In this document: positions 21,155-29,671 of the stretch, in pieces | Numbering within the stretch: position 1 is the stretch's first letter | Layout: each line of letters opens with the position of its first letter | Source of the DNA: Alphaproteobacteria bacterium | GTDB lineage: Bacteria; Pseudomonadota; Alphaproteobacteria; Rs-D84 | DNA: 64,000 nucleotides | Direction of reading: 5' to 3' | NCBI GenBank assembly: GCA_017511715.1 | Contig: JAFWJF010000007.1 | Location: forward strand, 6,421 to 70,420 | Translations under genes and position numbers: made by a program | Notes under the pieces: generated by a model | Told to the model about the DNA's origin: nothing | What the model saw: the letters and a program-made list of their open reading frames with translations, nothing else | Database searches by the model: none

Positions 21155-21502
21155 CTATCCTGCTATTTTATCAACATTTGCCAACCAAGTTTGTAATATG
21201 TTTGGTTTTTTTACTTTCAGTTTATTTATTTTATCCATATTATCTTTTCGTTTTGTATCGTATGGTTGTGCCGTTTCATCACGCAAACGCTTTAATACGG
21301 CGTTTTCAGACAAACCGTTCCCACTGTTTCCTGACGCACCATATTTAGCACGTTGTGATGCTAATGCTTTTTTTATTAAATTTGTTTTATTGGCTTCATC
21401 TTGAGCCATTTGTGCCAATATTTTTTGGCGTTGATTTTCTGCTTCTTTTTTAGAGTCTTTATAATCTAAAACCTTGGTTACATCTGATACTAATTGTCCC
21501 AT
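21155..21502 (-). CDS. Hypothetical virion-associated protein (115 aa)
   Basis: ORF in structural module; Lys-rich, no motif. Confidence 0.3.
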   Translation of the reverse strand: MGQLVSDVTKVLDYKDSKKEAENQRQKILAQMAQDEANKTNLIKKALASQRAKYGASGNSGNGLSENAVLKRLRDETAQPYDTKRKDNMDKINKLKVKKPNILQTWLANVDKIAG

Positions 21503-21517
21503 AAATTACCTCCTTTG

Positions 21518-23230
21518 TTAAATTAAATACCAACCGTCAACAGTGACAGATAATATTGTTGCGCCTAATTGTTCATCGCTGGACACTGTCCAAAGGGGTT
21601 CCATTGTGTTAATTTGAGACCCCAACAAATTCATTGACAAATCACCGTCATACCCCAAAGCATTTGCTTCATAAACGGAATTAGGGATTTCAACACGATA
21701 ATTGTTTATAAACACTGTTTTTGTGTCTTTTACACGCAAAGAAACCTTACGCGCACGAATCTTTTTAGGATTATGCCCATTAACAATCATTGGCAAGGCC
21801 GATATTTTGTATGTAAATTTATACGTTTGAGCATCAATTAAATGCTCTGTGTCAAATTTTTCCAGATAATATTTATTATCTCGTTTTACAATCACATAAG
21901 TATTGTTATCAAAAACGGCGACATATTTGAAAGCACCATCTGTTATATATTTTCCCCATGCTCTAATATCTGTATTTGGGTGCTTATTAAGAACGGCCAT
22001 ATATCCATCAGACATAACTATAAACAACTGATGCGTCAACTGATTAAAGGCGATACTAATCGGATTTCGCATCAAATGTTTTGCCCAAGAGCATAAATCA
22101 TTTGCATTGTATTTTTGACTTAAATCATCCAAGTCTAATTCGCGCACATCTTTGCCTGATTGAGATACAAATACTGTTGCGCCTTCTATTTGTTGCGGCG
22201 GCAAATAAATATTTGTGATACTGCCGACAGAAGTATGTTGTTTAATATTAACATTTGATGGGGTTAACGGAGAATTAGAAATCGCCCATTCGCCCACAGA
22301 AGTCAATATTTGCAAATTATCACTGCTGACTATTGTTGATATTTGATGGTGTTGAGATGATAAAAGCGTCATAAAAATCGCATCATCATCCAGTCCTTCG
22401 CCACTGTCAAAGTTATCATAATCACCAACCTTAGACATCCATATATTGTTTGGCGCAGACTTTGTTCCGCCGAACACCAGCCTGTTTTGATGGAAAGATA
22501 CAGCGCGTGGCCATCCGCGTTTATTACTGAATGCACCGACATACCAATCGCTAATCGCATGTCCGGGACACGTAAATGTACCATTTGTATAAACTATCGC
22601 TACACGCGCACTTTGGACAGATTCGACCAACCATTGTTTCCCATTTATTAGCAATCTTTCCCAAAGCCAATCATTTGCCCAAATATCTTTATCCGCAGTA
22701 AACACAGCATGATTGTTATCAATATCACTGTTCGTGATTGTAATCGACACACCATTCATATCGTCAAACCGCATGAAAGGAACGTTTACAGTCACATCTG
22801 TATTGATATGAAACACGAATTCTTCAATATGAAAACCGCTTGCTTCTTTTGTAAGAATTTGTGGCTTAAAATCTGGATGAACAAAAAAGATTTTATTAAA
22901 TCTTTGTGCGTATTGCAGTTGTTTCAAATCTAAATCAGCCCAATCTGCCGACAAAGATTCTATTTTTTCATCGTTTTCATAGATATCTATGATACGACCA
23001 TAAATAACTAACAAATATTTTTCACTTTCGCTTATTTTGAATGGCACTATTATCGCATCATCTGGTATTTCGTCTATTTGCTTTAAGCCTGGTCTGCGTT
23101 TCAGAGCACCAGATTGTAAAACGTCCATATTTTCAAGACACGTAAGTCCATTATTGTTATTTATCGCGTAAAATTCTGGCGACACTTCACCAAAGGAAAA
23201 AATATTTTGTGTTTTAAGAAAATTTCCCAT
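21518..23230 (-). CDS. Putative tail (tubular/nozzle-like) protein, 570 aa
   Basis: Largest structural ORF, sits where podovirus tail tube B would be; assignment by position and size only. Confidence 0.35.
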   Translation of the reverse strand: MGNFLKTQNIFSFGEVSPEFYAINNNNGLTCLENMDVLQSGALKRRPGLKQIDEIPDDAIIVPFKISESEKYLLVIYGRIIDIYENDEKIESLSADWADLDLKQLQYAQRFNKIFFVHPDFKPQILTKEASGFHIEEFVFHINTDVTVNVPFMRFDDMNGVSITITNSDIDNNHAVFTADKDIWANDWLWERLLINGKQWLVESVQSARVAIVYTNGTFTCPGHAISDWYVGAFSNKRGWPRAVSFHQNRLVFGGTKSAPNNIWMSKVGDYDNFDSGEGLDDDAIFMTLLSSQHHQISTIVSSDNLQILTSVGEWAISNSPLTPSNVNIKQHTSVGSITNIYLPPQQIEGATVFVSQSGKDVRELDLDDLSQKYNANDLCSWAKHLMRNPISIAFNQLTHQLFIVMSDGYMAVLNKHPNTDIRAWGKYITDGAFKYVAVFDNNTYVIVKRDNKYYLEKFDTEHLIDAQTYKFTYKISALPMIVNGHNPKKIRARKVSLRVKDTKTVFINNYRVEIPNSVYEANALGYDGDLSMNLLGSQINTMEPLWTVSSDEQLGATILSVTVDGWYLI

Positions 23231-23248
23231 ATAAAAACTCCCTTGGTT

Positions 23249-23776
23249 CTAGAATCTAGAATCTATCAAAGAAAAACTTTCAATATTTGATTGATTTGAT
23301 GTTGTGCTGTCTATAAATTTGGCAGATTGATATTCAGATTCATATAATGCGCTCATCATTCTGAAAACATTTGCATCCCCAATCAGTGGTATACAAAATT
23401 CCATTGCTAATTTCGTAGCCAACAATGTAGCAAAATATCCAGGAAACATTTCTGGTTCCGTTTTTACTACCGCTGTTATCTTTAATGTATTTTCTGCTGC
23501 TTTTATTCTGTTGCCGATAATTTGACCATTACATTTCAAGATTCTTAAAACTTCTGTTGGAATCAGAAAATCATCGTCTTGTGTTTTATTTAACACTAAT
23601 TCTTTGGTTGCAAACCGCCATGGGAACAAAGACAACAAAGTATCCAAAGTCGGATCAAACAAAGTTCGTGCTAATTGTGCGGCGGCACTGTCTTCACGCC
23701 ATGATTGGATTGGTTTTTCACCAAGTTTTAACAATGCCATCGAACATAAATCTATTTTTGTAAACATAATTCGCAC
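23249..23776 (-). CDS. Putative tail tubular A/adaptor-like protein, 175 aa
   Basis: Position between capsid-like and large tail-like genes. Confidence 0.3.
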   Translation of the reverse strand: MRIMFTKIDLCSMALLKLGEKPIQSWREDSAAAQLARTLFDPTLDTLLSLFPWRFATKELVLNKTQDDDFLIPTEVLRILKCNGQIIGNRIKAAENTLKITAVVKTEPEMFPGYFATLLATKLAMEFCIPLIGDANVFRMMSALYESEYQSAKFIDSTTSNQSNIESFSLIDSRF

Positions 23777-23824
23777 CTATTTATTGAAAAAAATCAGGGG
23801 ACAAATGTCCCCTGATTATGATTA

Positions 23825-24055
23825 TTAAGATAATGCACCAACCGTCACAACACCTTCTGCAACAGTGATAACTTTTATCGCAGAACCATTAGAACCATTG
23901 ATTAAAATGATGTCTCCTGTGTTCATAAGATTTTTCAAGCTGGAAAAATATCCAGATGCGGTTATCGTTGCCAATGTCGCGTTTTCTTTATAATGCCACA
24001 AAGTAAAACCATTTGCATATGCAATCACAGACAAATTTTTATTCTGAAAAGCCAT
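23825..24055 (-). CDS. Small hypothetical structural protein (76 aa)
   Basis: ORF directly downstream of capsid-like gene. Confidence 0.3.
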   Translation of the reverse strand: MAFQNKNLSVIAYANGFTLWHYKENATLATITASGYFSSLKNLMNTGDIILINGSNGSAIKVITVAEGVVTVGALS

Positions 24056-24077
24056 CGTTCTTCCTTTTAGTTATAAA

Positions 24078-24902
24078 TTATTGGGCATCATCATCACATT
24101 TGATACGGACGATACCTTCGTTATCAATTAAAACTGCACCTTGGGACATGCTGTTGCTGATAAAGTGCGCCGCACGTTCACCATGCCATGTGATATCTGT
24201 TTTAACTTCTTGACCGCAGGCATGACCAATACTAGATGCATGGTACATAAAGCAATCACGATCATCGTCACTGATTGGTAATGAATTGCACAGAATCCAA
24301 TTCACACCCAACCATTTACGCGATTCGCAACCATCAACCAATGGTGTGGCATTTCCGACATAGTCAGCAGAAACAAATTCATCCAACGCCAACAATTCAT
24401 TCCATTGATGAACACCAACAATGGCAAATCTGCGACCATCATCAGGAACATCATTGGCATTAAGTTTTTCTAATGCTTCCATTATCAAAGCTTTTGTTAA
24501 ACCAGTTGAATAATCACCAACATATTGTGTTGCACTGTTCATAGCATTGATAATCAATTCATCTGTTTTGCGCCCCAACGCATATGCACCAGCAGACGCA
24601 ACAACACGACGTTCATCGACATTGGTTTTCAATTCATCCAACGAATCAACCCAATCACCTGCATAATAATCTTGCAAAACGCATTCAACAGGTGTGTGAT
24701 TCAGATTCATCACAGGAACAATCCCATGACGTGATTTTGTGCTGGCAATACCTTTGCCAACTTTTTGGAAAGTAGTAGATGCACCAACAACCCCGGTTTT
24801 ACTGCGGATTGTAGAGCGCAATTTTGTGCCCATTTGCTGATAAGCCAAATGAACATCTGCTTCAAATTGTTTTACAAACACTTGATCTACAGACATAGAC
24901 AT
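24078..24902 (-). CDS. Putative major capsid protein (274 aa)
   Basis: Position after scaffold-like gene, size compatible with small HK97-fold coat protein; no search performed. Confidence 0.4.
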   Translation of the reverse strand: MSMSVDQVFVKQFEADVHLAYQQMGTKLRSTIRSKTGVVGASTTFQKVGKGIASTKSRHGIVPVMNLNHTPVECVLQDYYAGDWVDSLDELKTNVDERRVVASAGAYALGRKTDELIINAMNSATQYVGDYSTGLTKALIMEALEKLNANDVPDDGRRFAIVGVHQWNELLALDEFVSADYVGNATPLVDGCESRKWLGVNWILCNSLPISDDDRDCFMYHASSIGHACGQEVKTDITWHGERAAHFISNSMSQGAVLIDNEGIVRIKCDDDAQ

Positions 24903-25145
24903 AAGTAATCCTTTTTGTTAAATCGAAACACGCCATGATGGCGTAATTTATAAAAATTTTGTTTTATGGTTATGCGATAATTCGCGCCACAAACACAAAA
25001 CAACACAAAAAAGGGTCCAAAAGAAATTGGATTATCCAATAAAAAATTCAGTCTGACTTTAACATCGGACTGAAAAATTTATCATCAAAAAAGTCCCCAA
25101 AACCAAGCGTTTTAGGGACTTTTATTAAAAGATTTTTTTACAATC

Positions 25146-25466
25146 TTATTTTTTCTTAACTACTTTTTTAGCAGCTGGTTTTTTTGCAGCAACTTTTTTT
25201 GCAGCTGGTTTTTTTGCAACTGCTTTTTTAGCAACTGGTTTTTTTGCAGCTGGTTTTTTTGCAACTACTTTTTTAGCAGCTGGTTTTTTTGCAACTACTT
25301 TTTTAGCAACTGGTTTTTTTGCAACTACTTTTTTAGCAGCTGGTTTTTTAACAGCAACTTTTTTTGCAGCTGGTTTTTTTGCAGCAACTTTTTTAGCAGG
25401 TGCTTTTTTTGCAGCTGGTTTAGCAGCTGGTTTTGCGCATGCGCATTTTTTCTTTAAGCCAAACAT
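25146..25466 (-). CDS. Histone H1-like Lys/Ala-rich DNA-binding protein (tandem AAKKPAAKKVV repeats)
   Basis: 106 aa, ~10 tandem KKPAAKKV(V/A) repeats encoded by 30-nt DNA tandem repeats; N-terminal KKKCACAK. Confidence 0.6.
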   Translation of the reverse strand: MFGLKKKCACAKPAAKPAAKKAPAKKVAAKKPAAKKVAVKKPAAKKVVAKKPVAKKVVAKKPAAKKVVAKKPAAKKPVAKKAVAKKPAAKKVAAKKPAAKKVVKKK

Positions 25467-25563
25467 AATTCTCTCCTTCTATAAGTTTTGGACAGAACAA
25501 AATTATTTTGTTCTTAAACATATTTTATATGATTCAAAACAAATAGTAAAGAATAAAAATTAT

Positions 25564-26220
25564 TTATGAGTATAATTTTCTGAAACCATTTTCAATTTTT
25601 CTTATGTATTCAGGATCTTGGTCGCGCCAATATTTTGGATCACGCATCATGTTGCGCAACATGTCATCGGACAAATTTTCTGTTGCGTTTTTATCGGTCA
25701 AAACACTTGGTTCAAAAGATTGCATCATCTTATAAACGCCTTGTATTCCCTGGGGTGTAGCGCACAGTTCTTCAAATGCATCAGCAGGCAAATACTTTTC
25801 ACCAAATGCTTTTATTTCACGCAACGCATCGTTCATTTTTTCTGATGATCCAAAAAAATTTTTCAATTCATTTATTGCATTTGATTGATTTTGTAATGCA
25901 AATAAATTTTTTAATGTTGGTTGTAAAAATTCTTCTGCTATCGAATAAATTTTTTCAACTTGTTGTGATGTAAGACCAATTTCATGAAATTTTTCACGAA
26001 CCGATTCGTCATCAAATAAATCATTTACAGGATAATCAGACGCGTTATCTGGCACACCAATTGCATGATTAAATTTTTGTTTTGTGTCTGTATCACTGTC
26101 ATCTTTTGGAATCGAAATCATATTGCCCATCTTTTTTTCAAGTTCGCAATAAGACTTAACCAACGCAGAAGTATTTAATTCGCCGTTTTCATCAAGAAAC
26201 TTTTCAGGTATTTGTTCCAT
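25564..26220 (-). CDS. Scaffolding-like acidic helical protein (218 aa)
   Basis: Acidic, helix-rich, directly upstream of H1-like and capsid-like genes. Confidence 0.35.
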   Translation of the reverse strand: MEQIPEKFLDENGELNTSALVKSYCELEKKMGNMISIPKDDSDTDTKQKFNHAIGVPDNASDYPVNDLFDDESVREKFHEIGLTSQQVEKIYSIAEEFLQPTLKNLFALQNQSNAINELKNFFGSSEKMNDALREIKAFGEKYLPADAFEELCATPQGIQGVYKMMQSFEPSVLTDKNATENLSDDMLRNMMRDPKYWRDQDPEYIRKIENGFRKLYS

Positions 26221-26411
26221 TATTTTTTCCCTTTGATTGCTGATTCTTGTTTAAGGAAATATATTCCGCCCAACGTAAATATTGTTTGCATCATTGTAAA
26301 AATATCTTCGTCACCGATTAAATAAGCACCTATTGCAGATATTATACCGACACTTGATACGACATAAGTTTTTTTGTCTTTCAAATATCCACCTTTGATT
26401 ATTTTATTCAT
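26220..26411 (-). CDS. Holin-like small membrane protein (63 aa)
   Basis: One or two TM helices, charged C-terminus, directly downstream of endolysin. Confidence 0.4.
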   Translation of the reverse strand: MNKIIKGGYLKDKKTYVVSSVGIISAIGAYLIGDEDIFTMMQTIFTLGGIYFLKQESAIKGKK

Positions 26412-26428
26412 TGTTTGTCCTTTTTTAT

Positions 26429-26839
26429 TTACAAATAAAACAAAATATCTTCACATTCTGATATGTATCCGCGCGCCATTGCCCAATCTGGAATAATATT
26501 TGTGTGATGAAATTTTGTTGCGCCGAAAACAGAATCAGGCAAATTTCCACGCATCATTGTTTTTACCGTGCGCAAACACAATTGAAATTTTCTGTCATTT
26601 GCATCTATGTTCAATTTTTCATTACGTTCTGATTTTGTGTTCAGACATTCAAACAAATCAGAATCTTTTGATATTGCATCAAAAGTTTTTCCGTACTTAA
26701 TATGAACATTGTTTATCATGGATGTCATCGCTTCTATAAGTGGCAGCGATTTAGCTTCTGTTTCTGCGAACACAATGCGCGCCAATTTATATGATACGAT
26801 TTGTGCATCATCATTGTTTTTTATCAAAGTTAATTGCAT
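26429..26839 (-). CDS. Cell wall hydrolase SleB-type (Hydrolase_2) endolysin
   Basis: Starts MQLTLIKNNDD at 26839; motifs ARIVFAETEAKSL ... ATKFHHTNIIPDWA typical of SleB-family amidase used as endolysin. The table ORF extends upstream across terminator hairpins using a TTG, so the 26839 start is preferred. Confidence 0.7.
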   Translation of the reverse strand: MQLTLIKNNDDAQIVSYKLARIVFAETEAKSLPLIEAMTSMINNVHIKYGKTFDAISKDSDLFECLNTKSERNEKLNIDANDRKFQLCLRTVKTMMRGNLPDSVFGATKFHHTNIIPDWAMARGYISECEDILFYL

Positions 26840-26861
26840 ATTTTTGCCCCGGTTTTTAGTT

Positions 26862-26928
26862 AAAAAAAGCCCGTGCAAAAAAATGCACAGGCAAAAATAA
26901 AGAATAAAAAAAACCGCAAACACTGCGG
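26862..26928 (-). terminator. Two tandem intrinsic terminators in the leader of the virion/lysis operon
   Basis: Minus-strand hairpins ccgcagtgtttgcgg+U8 (26906-26928) and gcctgtgca-ttttttt-gcacgggc+U7 (26862-26892), between promoter and endolysin start. Confidence 0.6.
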
Positions 26929-26939
26929 ACATAATTTCT

Positions 26940-26985
26940 ATTCTTGATGCTTTATATAATATCACAAATTGACACAAAAGTCAAG
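26940..26985 (-). promoter_or_regulatory. Strong sigma70-like promoter for virion/lysis operon (also birA terminator region)
   Basis: Minus strand TTGACT-17 nt-TATTAT; -35 lies in palindrome TTGAC-N6-GTCAA. Confidence 0.55.
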
Positions 26986-26990
26986 ACATA

Positions 26991-27677
26991 TTAAATGCTA
27001 ATTTCATCACCGTATGTTAAAACATATCGTGTATCAAAACGCAAAACCAACGCACCATCTTCATTTATGCCAATTAATTCTGCTTTTTTTCCTTGATAGC
27101 AAACCATTTTATTTATACACAGAGCTAATTCCATCCACCTTTTGCGAACATCGTAAAATTGTGCATTGCGCCACTTGTCCAATTTTCTCATCAGTACACC
27201 AAGCACCTCTTCAACCGACACATCAACATAGTTTTTTATTTTAGTGGTTTGATATTCTTTGACTGTTGGGCATGTTTTTATATTGATACCGATACCGACT
27301 ATCACAAAATTTTGAGCATACTCAATCAATATACCGCTTATTTTTTTACCATCTATTAAAATATCATTAGGCCATTTTATTTGCGGTTTTAACCCAAAAG
27401 AAATAAGAGTTTCTGCAACCGCAACCGCTATTGCATAAGACAAACGCGGGTCCCGCTCTATATCCCTGTAAATAAATGATGCATATAAATTTCCACGATG
27501 AGAAACCCAATTGCGTTTATACCTTCCGCGACCAGCACTCTGGGCCAAAGCCGTTACAACAGTTTTATCGGCTACTTTTTTTTGTGCGATTAAATCATGC
27601 GCATAATCTTGGGTGCTGGCAATCTTATCAAAAGAAATCAATTTATATGCGCCCAATTTTATATCCCCCATTTTCAT
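26991..27677 (-). CDS. birA: Biotin--[acetyl-CoA-carboxylase] ligase (group I, no DNA-binding domain)
   Basis: GRGRxxRxW motif (SAGRGRYKRNWVS), KWPND motif, C-terminal SH3-like domain. Confidence 0.85.
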   Translation of the reverse strand: MKMGDIKLGAYKLISFDKIASTQDYAHDLIAQKKVADKTVVTALAQSAGRGRYKRNWVSHRGNLYASFIYRDIERDPRLSYAIAVAVAETLISFGLKPQIKWPNDILIDGKKISGILIEYAQNFVIVGIGINIKTCPTVKEYQTTKIKNYVDVSVEEVLGVLMRKLDKWRNAQFYDVRKRWMELALCINKMVCYQGKKAELIGINEDGALVLRFDTRYVLTYGDEISI

Positions 27678-28062
27678 TCACAATAAAATTGTGCCCATAT
27701 TTTTTACGCAGTTGATAGATTGCGTTTTCTACGCTGTGTGTGGCAATATCCGGTAAAAAACCAACTGCCAATTTCAATTCTTGCATTTGGATATGTGGTT
27801 TTTTATAAAGTGCGACAATAATTTTTCGCTGCAATTCAGACAAGACTTCATCGTGTCCAAAAACATTGGCAATAATATCGTTATTATTAAAGCGATTTGA
27901 AATCAGATTCTGTAAATCATCAACCGCGATTGGCGCATTTATTTTGATATCATCAAACAAAATGTCAGCATCTTCTGGTTTAGTGACCAAACACGCACCT
28001 AAATCAGTCAAAATACGATTCCAGTATTTATCCGCGGTATAAATTTTTATATTTTCCAACAT
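27643..28062 (-). CDS. OmpR/PhoB-type winged-helix DNA-binding protein with short non-receiver N-terminus
   Basis: C-terminal 65 aa fit Trans_reg_C pattern (LSELQRKIIVALYKK...AIYQLRKKYG...GGYKIG); N-terminal 60 aa too short for a REC domain. Overlaps birA start by ~35 nt. Confidence 0.45.
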   Translation of the reverse strand: MLENIKIYTADKYWNRILTDLGACLVTKPEDADILFDDIKINAPIAVDDLQNLISNRFNNNDIIANVFGHDEVLSELQRKIIVALYKKPHIQMQELKLAVGFLPDIATHSVENAIYQLRKKYGHNFIVNENGGYKIGRI

Positions 28063-28107
28063 ATTTACACAATACCGAATAAAACGACACTGTGCAAGGT
28101 TTTATTG

Positions 28108-28353
28108 CTACATACTATGCGGTTCATGGGCAGGGATAAACTTTGTAAAATCTTCCAACGAAGAACCAGTAGAAGCCAAAATTTTGGAAATACTGTTGGT
28201 TGATGGCCAACGTGGCTGTCCTTCTTTGGACCAGCGTTTGCTTTTGTTAAAGGTCGTTGGGTCCAAACCACTGCATTTAGCAAGCCCGGAACAAGACATA
28301 TTATGTTCCATTGCAAATTTTTCTATTGCACGCCACACATCTTCATGCGTCAT
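28108..28353 (-). CDS. Ner/Nlp-like HTH DNA-binding protein
   Basis: 81 aa; pattern W-x-D/E-V...LS...GL.PTT......W.KEG..RWP matches Mu Ner / Nlp family by eye. Confidence 0.5.
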   Translation of the reverse strand: MTHEDVWRAIEKFAMEHNMSCSGLAKCSGLDPTTFNKSKRWSKEGQPRWPSTNSISKILASTGSSLEDFTKFIPAHEPHSM

Positions 28354-28487
28354 AACGCTCTCCTTTTTTTATATATTTTCCTACAAGACAATCTAATATT
28401 AATTGATAAGCAACGCCATTTCAACCTATTATTTTTGGTATAAATTCCTGGGAATAAATAAAAACAAAAAAAATTTGACAAAATACT

Positions 28488-28522
28488 TGACAAACACAAT
28501 TTTGTGTATTATATTTCGATTC
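28488..28522 (+). promoter_or_regulatory. Promoter of candidate sRNA
   Basis: ttgaca-17-tatatt on plus strand. Confidence 0.45.
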
Positions 28523-28523
28523 G

Positions 28524-28700
28524 TCAAGGGATGAATAATCGTTTGACTATATCGGGCCCAGGGTTTTCAGACTCCCTCCTACATTCTCTCTCCTCTGGAC
28601 TTTGGGCCCAAACGACAGTTAAGGATGCCCGTTTCTTTTTCTCCTTTCCTTCCTTTCTGGGCATCCGGAAAAAGCCACCCCCGCGGGTGGCTTTTTTTTA
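28524..28700 (+). ncRNA. Candidate trans-acting sRNA with two stem-loops carrying CU-rich (anti-SD-like) loops and intrinsic terminator
   Basis: Stem 1 gggcccag...ctgggccc, loop CUCCCUCCUACAUUCUCUCUCCUCU. Stem 2 ggaugccc...gggcaucc, loop UUUCUUUUUCUCCUUUCCUUCCUUUCU. Terminator aaagccacccccgcgggtggc+U8. The in-frame ORF 28504..28749 is low-complexity and runs through the terminator. Confidence 0.4.
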
Positions 28701-29633
28701 CTTTTCTAAAACACTGAATATTTCCCAATGGCTTGATCCAACAAATTGATCAACAGGAATACCAACTGTCATTTTATACCCGCCTTTTTCCAAAATCTTT
28801 TTATCGCGGACAAAAGTTGTCGGGTTACAAGAAACATAAATTATTCGTTTTACATTTGATTTTGATAATTCTTTGCTCTGTTTTTCTGCACCGGCACGTG
28901 GTGGATCCATTATTACAACTTCGTATTGATTAAGATTTGCCACCGACAAAGGTTTCTTGAACAAATCGCGCTTTATACCATTACCGACAATATCAAAGCC
29001 TGTGGCATTTGTCGCAAATGTAAAATTACCAAGGCCGCAAAACAAATCTGCAACACGCGTTGCGCCATTGACATATTTCACAACCAAATCACGCAAAATT
29101 TGTTCTGTTTCAATTGTTGGCTGTAAAAACGCATTTGAAGGATAAGCGACAATCTTATCATTGAACTTAACTTCTGGTTCTTTATATTTTCGCGCGACGG
29201 AATCGTTCCATGTAAAACGTATTATTTGTGCGGGCAATTTTTCAACTGCGCTTCTGAAATCGGCGTTAAAGTACGGAACATCGCTGTTCACCGAAACATC
29301 AATTCCGTTTTCACATTTTGTGATTAACACAGACCCTGCACCACGCCATGGCAAATGCGCCACATCTTTCAAGATATCATTTATTTCATGCACCAAATTC
29401 GGACAACTATCTATATCAACAATATCTTTTGATTGTTTCTTGAAAAAACCGAAATGATTGTCTGTAAACGCAAAATCTGCGCGGCGACGTGTTCCGAAAT
29501 CGCCCCATATTGCATCATGAGAAAAATTCAAGTCCGGCAGAGTTTTTAGTTTTTTTTCGCGATATTTTTCATCCGAAAAATCTAGCTGACATCCGCCACA
29601 AATTCCAACAAAAGGACATTTTTTTATCTGCAT
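28698..29633 (-). CDS. RNA (uracil-5)-methyltransferase, RlmD/TrmA family with N-terminal 4Fe-4S Cys cluster
   Basis: CPFVGICGGCQ cluster, SAM-binding motif DLFCGLGNFT, catalytic C-terminal SCNP motif. Confidence 0.8.
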   Translation of the reverse strand: MQIKKCPFVGICGGCQLDFSDEKYREKKLKTLPDLNFSHDAIWGDFGTRRRADFAFTDNHFGFFKKQSKDIVDIDSCPNLVHEINDILKDVAHLPWRGAGSVLITKCENGIDVSVNSDVPYFNADFRSAVEKLPAQIIRFTWNDSVARKYKEPEVKFNDKIVAYPSNAFLQPTIETEQILRDLVVKYVNGATRVADLFCGLGNFTFATNATGFDIVGNGIKRDLFKKPLSVANLNQYEVVIMDPPRAGAEKQSKELSKSNVKRIIYVSCNPTTFVRDKKILEKGGYKMTVGIPVDQFVGSSHWEIFSVLEK

Positions 29634-29671
29634 GTTTTATATCATAATATAAAATCTGTCTTGATTCCAGT

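Noticed and set aside
25146-25466. 30-nt tandem DNA repeats considered as a possible CRISPR-like or intergenic repeat array
   Set aside because: The repeats are in frame and encode a continuous Lys/Ala repeat protein with start, stop and RBS. There are no unique spacers and no cas genes.
26840-26977. N-terminal 46 codons of table ORF 26429..26977 (alternative TTG start)
   Set aside because: This stretch contains the operon promoter and two terminator hairpins. The Met at 26839, preceded by the terminators, is the credible start of the SleB-type hydrolase.
28504-28749. 81-aa ORF inside the candidate sRNA
   Set aside because: Runs through two GC stems and the intrinsic terminator; product is Ser/Phe/Leu-rich low complexity; no RBS. 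More plausibly non-coding.
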